A stretch of DNA of 64,000 nt from Azolla caroliniana. Taxonomy: Eukaryota; Plantae; Polypodiophyta. This document shows positions 13,801-20,764 of the stretch, piece after piece. Position 1 is the first letter of the stretch; each line of letters starts with the position of its first letter. The stretch is taken from the NCBI GenBank assembly GCA_043228905.1, contig JBHGNT010000012.1, positions 11,594,001 to 11,658,000 of the forward strand. Direction: 5' to 3'. A program made the position numbers and the translations under genes. Under the pieces are notes generated by a model. It ran no database searches. It worked only from the letters and a program-made list of their open reading frames with translations, and was not told the origin of the DNA.

Positions 13801-14396
13801 TGAACGGTGGACTCCTCTTTGGTGGTGCTGGAGGGTTGTACTGATATTGCAAAGAGAAACATTTCCTCCTTGCGCCCTTCCTCACGCAACTGACGTAGCG
13901 AAATGGTTGCAACCTTCTGGGTAGATCCTTGGGTTTGTCGCAACCGGATTTCCCTTGTCCTCCAATCTATGTCTGGGTCATGTAACTCGAACCATGGTAA
14001 TCCTAAAACTATGGGATGTTCTGGAATACTAATAATATTAAATGATACTACACATGTTAAGTTATCTAGGACAATATTAACGGGTTCCGACTCTTCTATG
14101 ATATTACCAGAAGCAATGGGACGACCATCAATGACTACTACTGAGGCTGGACATGGGAGCTTTCTTAGAGATATCTGATGAGCTCGGGCAAAATTCCTAT
14201 CCATGAAGCAAGAATTAGCTCCGGAATCTAGAAGGGCTAAGGTATGTACTGGAGGGGTTCTTTTAGTACTAACTGCTACTTGGACTACGAACACATCACT
14301 AACTTGCTTAGAGGGAATGGAACCACTAATGGGCTGCACAGATCTAGGGCTGTCCAACCAAACGGCTCCTATTTTGGCTGGACTTAGTCGTTTAAC
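10800..14396 (-). CDS. pol: Pol polyprotein (aspartic protease, RT, RNase H, integrase, chromodomain), probably made as a Gag-Pol fusion by -1 frameshift
   Basis: LLDSGA protease; YLDD RT; EADASDF RNase H; HHCC zinc finger and DDE integrase (SDRGPQF, DGQAER); GPF motif; chromodomain YEVAAILD..YYLVDWLGY...TWEP. The ORF-track start at 14357 is TTG, and the frame stays open upstream across the gag stop. Confidence 0.95.
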   Translation of the reverse strand, partial: VKRLSPAKIGAVWLDSPRSVQPISGSIPSKQVSDVFVVQVAVSTKRTPPVHTLALLDSGANSCFMDRNFARAHQISLRKLPCPASVVVIDGRPIASGNIIEESEPVNIVLDNLTCVVSFNIISIPEHPIVLGLPWFELHDPDIDWRTREIRLRQTQGSTQKVATISLRQLREEGRKEEMFLFAISVQPSSTTKEESTVQLPEKYRQYADVFDKVQANTLPHHRPYDCAIDLQPGKEPPWGPIYNLSPTELEVLRAYIEENLENGFIRHSKSPAGAPIFFVKKKDGSLRLVVDYRGLNKVTVRNRYALPLISSLLERINGARFFTKIDLRGAYNLVRIRPGDEWKTAFRTRYGHFEYTVMPFGLTNAPAVFQHMANDIFRDLLDDFLIIYLDDLLVYSKTQEEHDSHVLLVLKRLREHGLYAKLEKCSFGCNQVEFLGYVISSEGISMDPAKVKTVIEWHTPRSVRDVQCFLGFANFYRKFIQNYSKIVLPLTQLTRKGQSFIWSKETDMAFESLKKAFTSAPILGHVDLEKPFIIEADASDFALGSILSQQGNDEKLHPVAFHSRKFDAAEINYEIHDKELLAIVDSFMQWRHFLEGSPHQVTVFSDHKNLAYFQDARVLNRRQARWAHFLTRFDFKITYRPGKHQGKADALSRRSSLTPRPGEPAFDNQKQVILGPARLQAAQIFDMPVDSDITNTIREDLKTDAFAQAILAQIDPSRASCSQSQSPGTDYRQFKYCDGLLFFKELLYVPNGSCRLRVVQNCHDTYTAGHFGSTKTLDLVQRSFWWPRMRQFVEDFVRTCDTCCRAKMPRHHPYGLLEPLPIPSKPWQSIALDFITDLPVSKGFSAILTVVDRYTKMAHFLPCTKEISSEDTAEIVMREVCRHHGLPDNIISDRGPQFVSKFWKHLFKMLKVTCNLSSGYHPQTDGQAERTNQTLEQYLRCFLNYHQNDWADILPFAEFAYNNAIHASTKVTPFYAYTGYHPRWCVLETPEVSTNPYAEDRLERLRKIQADLSTQLQQAQQSHKDYADRHRLPSSFNIGDRVWLLRRHIKTTRPCEKLDYRRLGPFRIIGKINDVAFRLELPPQLRIHPVFHSSLLEPYHESTIPGRTIQPPPPIELEDGPEYEVAAILDSKIVRNKLYYLVDWLGYSPSERTWEPIENVTNARALLEDFHRRYPEKPGPQSKTTRETRRFKGGIVS
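10808..10820 (-). other. Polypurine tract (PPT)
   Basis: Minus strand AAAGGGGGGATAG immediately before the 3' LTR. Confidence 0.9.
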
Positions 14397-15553
14397 TCTT
14401 CTTCTAATTGGCTAAGGACATCAAATTTGTTTGCGAGATTCGGACTATTAGTACTATTAGGACTATTATGACTATGAGGATTATCAGAGATTCCTACTGA
14501 CATAGACTCGGGTTTAGTATAGTCAGAACTAACAATGACTTGGTTTACCTGCCTTCTTGGTCTATGGGGACAGTTTATCGCGATATGCCCTGGTCCACCG
14601 CAATAAAGGCATAATCGGTTTGTTCGGCGTCGTTGCTTTTCCTCCTCCGATAGCGGCCCACGACGACGTGTAGTGTCAATTTCCATTGGAGTTGGAGTAC
14701 TTACTGGAGGCGCATTATGTGACTCCCTTTGAAAAGGTTTCGCTACCATTGAGGCATAGGTAGGCTCGGATCTTGCCCTCGGCATCTGAAATTGTCGTTC
14801 CGAACGTCGCTCGAAGAGGCGGTTGTCACATCTGACCGCTCGACTGATTGCTTCTGTTAATGATTTTGGCTCTTCAGGGAAAGTCAAGAGTAAATCCTTG
14901 ACATCGTTGCGTAGACCATAGCGGAACTGCTCCATCAATGCTTGATCATCCCAGGGGATATCGGCGGCGAGTAGGCGGAAATCTGCAGCATATGCGGAGG
15001 CTGGACGGTCACCTTGGCGTAATCGCCGGATTTTGTTGATTGCAGTCCTTATGCTGTCAGTATCTCCAAAACATGCTTTAAACTCACTTATGAATTCTTC
15101 AAAATTATTTAGTACTGGAGATTCCTTTTCTAGTAGCGGTGCGAACCATGCTAATGCTGAGCCAGTTAACAACGTGCCTACTAAACCCACTCGTGATGCA
15201 TCGGTGGGATATCGGGACGGATGCATTTGAATAACTAACCGTACCTGGTTAAGAAACCCTCTAAACTGCGATCGCGTTCCATCGAACTTCGTGGGAAGGC
15301 CAATCTTGGGTTCTTTATGAATCCCTTGTGCTCCGTGCCCTTGTTGTTGCATTGCTACGATGGTTGCTTCGAGTTGTTGTACGCGTAACGCAAGTTCCCC
15401 ATGCTGTTGTTGCGTTTGCTGCTTTTCTAAGGAAATTTGCTGAAGATCCCCCAACAAGCGTTGATTTTCTTGTTCCAAAGCATGAAACTTCTCTTTCAAG
15501 CATTGAAATTCCGAAAAAACGGATTGATACTCTTCAGCGCTAACGGTGGCCAT
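14384..15553 (-). CDS. gag: Gag (coiled coil, retrotransposon capsid, CCHC zinc knuckle), PEG10/sushi-like, 389 aa
   Basis: PTKFDG, LRQG...YAADF, PTPMEID and [14 protein letters not shown] motifs. Confidence 0.95.
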   Translation of the reverse strand: MATVSAEEYQSVFSEFQCLKEKFHALEQENQRLLGDLQQISLEKQQTQQQHGELALRVQQLEATIVAMQQQGHGAQGIHKEPKIGLPTKFDGTRSQFRGFLNQVRLVIQMHPSRYPTDASRVGLVGTLLTGSALAWFAPLLEKESPVLNNFEEFISEFKACFGDTDSIRTAINKIRRLRQGDRPASAYAADFRLLAADIPWDDQALMEQFRYGLRNDVKDLLLTFPEEPKSLTEAISRAVRCDNRLFERRSERQFQMPRARSEPTYASMVAKPFQRESHNAPPVSTPTPMEIDTTRRRGPLSEEEKQRRRTNRLCLYCGGPGHIAINCPHRPRRQVNQVIVSSDYTKPESMSVGISDNPHSHNSPNSTNSPNLANKFDVLSQLEEELND

Positions 15554-15591
15554 GGGATGAAGGAAAAGGGAAATAAGAGACTAGTAGGAGG

Positions 15592-15604
15592 CAAATCGGT
15601 TCAA
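15592..15604 (-). other. Self-priming primer-binding site (not tRNA-complementary)
   Basis: Minus strand TTGAACCGATTTG, 2 nt after the LTR, is the exact complement of LTR 15841-15853; no TGG tRNA-type PBS is present. Confidence 0.85.
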
Positions 15605-15889
15605 ACTGTCAGGAACTCTATTAAGGCAGAGAAGGAATTAGTACTAAAAGAAGGATTAGTACTATTGTTGGGGAATAGTACTAAGACAGAGAAGGATTAG
15701 TACTATGAGAGGTGTCGAACTTTGAGAGAAGGAATGAGTGAGTGAGAGAGAGAGAGAGAGAGAGAGAGTGATGATGCGAAAGATATATGTATTATATGAC
15801 GGAAGATATACAACAGTAGTTAGAAGGCTTAAGACTGGCGTTGAACCGATTTGGTTCGAACTAATGCCCTGTGCCTCCTTTTATAGTGT

Positions 15890-15929
15890 CTTCAGGAATA
15901 CTCCTGAAGTTTCTAGAATGTTCCAGAGA
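15890..15929. promoter_or_regulatory. Heat-shock-element-like array just upstream of the LTR TATA box (second copy at 10636-10675)
   Basis: cTTCa gGAAt aCTCc tGAAg tTTCt aGAAt gTTCc aGAGa: alternating nGAAn/nTTCn pentamers, 6 of 8 perfect. Confidence 0.65.
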
Positions 15930-15997
15930 AATCTGGAATATACATCAATTTCCTAATAAAACCTAAATGAAAATAATATCCTTCAAATTACAACTCA

Positions 15998-16051
15998 TAA
16001 CCTAATGGTAAAGTCTCGACCCGTGTAACAAAAGGTTATGGGTTCGAGTCT
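15998..16051 (+). promoter_or_regulatory. tRNA-like Pol III A-box/B-box pair at the outer U3 end of the LTR, antisense to the element (second copy at 10744-10797)
   Basis: TAACCTAATGG(TAAAG) and GGTTCGAGTCT, starts 43 nt apart as in tRNA genes. Confidence 0.55.
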
Positions 16052-16061
16052 AGTTATGACA

Positions 16062-19000
16062 CCGGATGAGGAGTACCCGGCTTTGGAGAGCCGGATGATA
16101 CAGACCCGGTATGAACCGGATGAGGAGTACCCGGCTCCGGAGAGCCGGATGATACAGACCCGGTATGAACCGGATGAGGAGTACCCGGCTTCGGAGAGCC
16201 GGATGGTGCAGACCCGGTATGAACTGGATGAGGAGTACCTGGCTACGGAGAGCCGGATGGTGCAGACCCGGTATGAACCGGATGAGGAGTACCCGGCTTC
16301 GGAGAGCCGGATGGTGCAGACCCGGTATGAACCGGATGAGGAGTACCCGGCTACGGAGAGCCGGATGGTGCAGACCCGGTATGAACCGGATGAGGAGTAC
16401 CCCGCTACGGAGAGCCAGATGATACAGACCCGGTATGAACCGGATGAGGAGTACCCGGCTTCGGAGAGACGGATGGTGCAAACCAGGAGTACCCGGCTAC
16501 GGAGATCCGGATGATACATACCCGGTATGAACCGGATGAGGAGTACCCGGCTACGGAGAGCCGGATGGTGCAGACCCAGTATGAACCGGATGAGGAGTAC
16601 CCGGCTACGGAGAGCCGGATGATACAGACCCGGTATGAACCGGATGAAGAGTACCCGTCTACGGAGATCCGGATGATACATACCCGGTATGAACCGGATG
16701 AGGAGTACCCGGCTACGGAGAGCCGGATGGTGCAGACCCGGTATTTTAACCGGATGAGGTGTACTCGGCTTCGGGGAGTCGGATGATACAGACCCAGTAT
16801 GAACCGGATGAGGAGTACCCGGCTACGGAGAGCCGGATCGTGCAGACCCGATATGTGAACCGGATGAGGAGTACCCGGCTTCGAAGAGCCGGATGATAAA
16901 GACCCGGTATGAACCAGATGAGGAGTACCCGGCTACGGAGAGCCGGATGGTGCAGACCCGGTATGAACCGGATGAGGAGTACCCGGCTTCGGAGAGCCGG
17001 ATGATACAGACTCGGTATGAACCGGATGAGGAGTACCCAGCTATGGAGAGCCGGATGGTGCAGACCCGGTATGAACCGGATGAGTACCCGGCTTCGGAGA
17101 GCCGGATGATACAGACCCGGTATGAACCGGATGAGGAGTACCCGGCTACGAAGAGCCGGATGGTGCAGACCCAGTATGAACCGGATGAGGAGTACCTGGC
17201 TACGGAGAGCCGGATGATGCAGACCCGGTATGTGAACCGGATGAGCAGTACTCGGCTTCGGAGAGGCGGATGATACAGACCCGGTATGAACCGGATGAGG
17301 AGTACCCGGCTACGGAGAGCCGGATGGTGCAGACCCGGTATGAACCTAATGAGGAGTACCCGGCTTCGAAGAGCCGGATGATACAAACCCGGTATGAACC
17401 GGATAAGGAGTACCCGGCTTCGGAGAGCCGGATGATACAGACCCGATATGAACCGGATGAGGAGTACCCGGCTACGGAGAGCCAGATGGTGCAGACCCGG
17501 TATGAACCGGATGAGGAGTACCCGGCTTCGAAGAGCCGGATGATACAGACGCGGTATGAACCGGATGAGGAGTACCCGTCTACGGAGAGCCGGATGGTGC
17601 AGACCCGGTATGAACCGGATGAGGAGTACCCGGCTTCGGAGAGCCGGATGATACACAGACCCGGTATGAACCGGATGAGGAGTACCCGGCTTCGGGGAGC
17701 CGGATGATACAGACCCGGTATGTGAACCGGATGAGGAGTACCCGGCTACGGAGAGCCGGATGGTGCAGACCCGGTATGAACCGGATGAGGAGTACCCGGC
17801 TTCGGAGAGCCGGATGATACAGACCCGGTATGAACCGGATGAGGAGTACCCGGCTACGGAGAGCCGGATGGTGCAGACCCGGTATGAACTGGATGAAGAG
17901 TACCTGTCTTCGGAGAGCCGGATGGTGCAGACCCGGTATGAACCGGATGAGGAGTACCCGGCTACGGAGAGCCGGATGGTGCAGACCCGGTATGAACCGG
18001 ATGAGGAGTACCCGGCTTCGGAGAGCCGGATGGTGCAGACCCGGTATGAACCGGATGAGGAGTACGCGGCTTCGAAGAGCCGGATGATACAGACCCGGTA
18101 TGAACCGGATGAGGAGTACCCGGCTACGGAGAGCCGGATGGTGCAGACCCGGTATGAACCGGAAGAGGAGTACCCGGATTCGGAGAGCCGGATGATACAG
18201 ACCCGGTATGAACCGGATGAGGAGTACCCGGCAACGGAGAGCCGGATGGTGAAGACCCGGTATGAACCGGATGAGGAGTACCCGGCTACGGAGAGCCGGA
18301 TGGTGCAGACCCGGTATGAACCGGATGAGGAGTACCCGGCTTCGGAGAGCCGGATGATACAGACCCGGTATGAACCGGATGAAGAATACCCGTCTACGGA
18401 GATCCGGATGATACATTCCCGGTACGAACCGGATGAGGAGTACCCGGCAACGGAGAGCCGGATGGTGCAGACCCGGTATGAACCGGAAGAGGAGTACCCG
18501 GCTACGGAGAGCCGGATGGTGCAGACCCGGTATGAACCGGATGAGGAGTACCCGGCTTCGGAGAGCCGGATGATACAGACCCGGTATGAACCGGATGAAG
18601 AGTACCCGTCTACGGAGATCCGGATGATACATTCCCGGTATGAACCGGATGAGGAGTACCCGGCTACGGAGAGCCGGATGGTGCAGACCCGGTATGAACC
18701 GGATGAGGTGTACTCGGCTTCGGAGAGTCGGATGATACAGACGCAGTATGAACCGGATGAGGAGTACCCGGCTACGGAGAGCCGGATGGTGCAGACCCGG
18801 TATGAACCGGATGAGGAGTACCCGGCTTCGGAGAGCCGGATGATACAGACCCGGTATGAACCGGATGAGGAGTACCCGGCTACGGAGAGCCGGATGGTGC
18901 AGACCCGGTATGAACCGGATGAGGAGTACCCGGCTTCGGAGAGCCGGATGATACAGACCCGGTATGAACCGGATGAGGAGTACCCAGCTATGGAGAGCCG

Positions 19001-20273
19001 GTTGGTGCAGACCCGGTATGAACCGGACGAGTACCCGGCTTCGGAGAGCCGGATGATACAGACCCGGTATGAACCGGATGAGGAGTACCCGGCTACGAAG
19101 AGCCGGATGGTGCAGACCTAGTATGAACCGGATGAGGAGTACCTGGCTACGGAGAGCCGGATGGTGCAGACCCGGTATGAACCGGATGAGGAGTACTCGG
19201 CTTCGGAGAGGCGGATGATACAGACCCGGTATGAACCGGATGAGGAGTACCCGGCTACGGAGAGCCGGATGGTGCAGACCCGGTATGAACCTAATGAGGA
19301 GTACCCGGCTTCGAAGAGCCGGATGATACAAACCCGGTATGAACCGGATGAGGAGTACCCGGCTTCGGAGAGCCGGATGATACAGACCCGGTATGAACCG
19401 GATGAGGAGTACCCGGCTACGGAGAGCCGGATGGTGCAGACCCGGTATGAACCGGATGAGGAGTACCCGGCTTCGAAGAGCCGGATGATACAGACGCGGT
19501 ATGAACCGGATGAGGAGTACCCGGCTACGGAGAGCCGGATGGTGCAGACCCGGTATGAACCGGATGAGGAGTACCCGGATTCGGAGAGCCGGATGATACA
19601 GACCCGGTATGAACCGGATGAGGAGTACCCGGCTACGGAGAGCCGGATGGTGCAGACCCGGTATGAACTGGATGAAGAGTACCCGGCTTCGGAGAGCCGG
19701 ATGGTGCAGACCCGGTATGAACGGGATGAGGAGTACCCGGCTACGGAGAGTCGGATGCTACAGACCCGGTATGAACCGGATGAGGAGTACCCGGCTTCGG
19801 AGAGCCGGATGGTGCAGACCCGGTATGAACCGGATGAGGAGTACCCGGCTTCGGAGAGTCGGATGATACAGACCCGGTATGAACCGGATGAGGAGTACGC
19901 GGCTTCGAAGAGCCGGATGATACAGACCTGGTATGAACCGGATGAGGAGTACCCGGCTAGGAAGAGCCGGATGGTGCAGACCCAGTATGAACCGAATGAG
20001 GAGTACCTGGCTACGGAGAGCCGGATGGTGCAGACCCGGTATGAACCGGATGAGGAGTACTCGGCTTCGGAGAGCCGGATGATACAGACCCGGTATGAAC
20101 CGGATGTGGAGTACCCGGCTACGGAGAGCCGGATGGTGCAGACCCGGTATGAACCGAATGAGGAGTACCCGGCTTCGAAGAGCCGGATGATACAGACCCG
20201 GTATGAACCGGATGAGGAGTACCCGGCTACGGAGAGCCGGATGGTGTAGACCCGGTATGAATCGGATGAAGAG
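16062..20273. repeat. 54-bp tandem satellite, right arm (about 78 monomers)
   Basis: Same monomer, resuming in register after the TSD; ends at ...ATCGGATGAAGAG|ACATATT. Confidence 0.98.
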
Positions 20274-20735
20274 ACATATTCGTAAATATGTTTCTGAGAG
20301 TCCATCGAGGCTATATTTGAAAATAGCCGAAAAGTCATATTAGTATAAATATGACTTAGGGCAAACTTTGAGGAGTTGTTGTTGGTGTTGTCATTTTCTT
20401 GTTGGTGCAAGAAGAAGAGAGAGCACGTAACTGTACAGAGAGAGAGAGAGAAAGAGGTCGTTGCCTCTGTTGTAACCGCTGCCTGTGGCGAAGATCTGTG
20501 AGCATGAGGTCGGTGCCTTAGTAAACTCACTGTTGTATATTCTTACAGAGTGACAGTTTGCAGCCTGTGGGTTGTCGTGGTTTTTCCCCTAGTTTGGGGT
20601 TTTCCACGTAAAGCTCCTGTTTTACCTTTTTCTCTTATTTGCGTCGTGTGTTTTCTTTTCCTGGTTTTTTTCTATGTATGAAAGAATCTCGGTTGTTGCC
20701 GAGCGTTGGACATAAGGAGCGTTAAGTTCCCGTCA
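20271..20735 (+). repeat. Non-satellite part (promoter, R, U5) of a Ty1/copia 5' LTR
   Basis: TATAAAT at 20344; ends in CA before PBS TGGTATTAGAGC (20738-20749, initiator-Met type); recognisably homologous to the Copia LTRs at 33397-34040 and 43379-43987. Confidence 0.85.
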
Positions 20736-20764
20736 AGTGGTATTAGAGCGAAACGACACAGAAA

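Larger units (their letters stand above)
10343..16061 (-). mobile_element. Intact Ty3/gypsy chromovirus, Tcn1/Tf1-sushi-like LTR retrotransposon
   Basis: TG..CA LTRs at 10343-10807 and 15607-16061; 5-bp TSD CCGGA (10338-10342 and 16062-16066); uninterrupted gag and PR-RT-RH-IN-chromodomain ORFs; polypurine tract next to the left LTR. Confidence 0.97.
15607..16061 (-). repeat. 5' LTR of the chromovirus (455 bp)
   Basis: Direct repeat of 10343-10807; upstream of gag; minus-strand TATAAAA at 15885-15879. Confidence 0.96.

Noticed and set aside
1-20273. CRISPR-like array
   Set aside because: There are no unique spacers between repeats, no cas genes, and the context is eukaryotic.
28-20530. Giant repeat-protein ORFs on both strands (2175 aa plus, 2205 aa minus and others)
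   Set aside because: The monomer length is a multiple of 3 and several frames lack stops in the consensus, so long ORFs are expected. Variants are largely non-synonymous, stops and frameshifts occur, and there are no unique N- or C-terminal domains. Ribosome profiling or proteomics would be needed to revive it.
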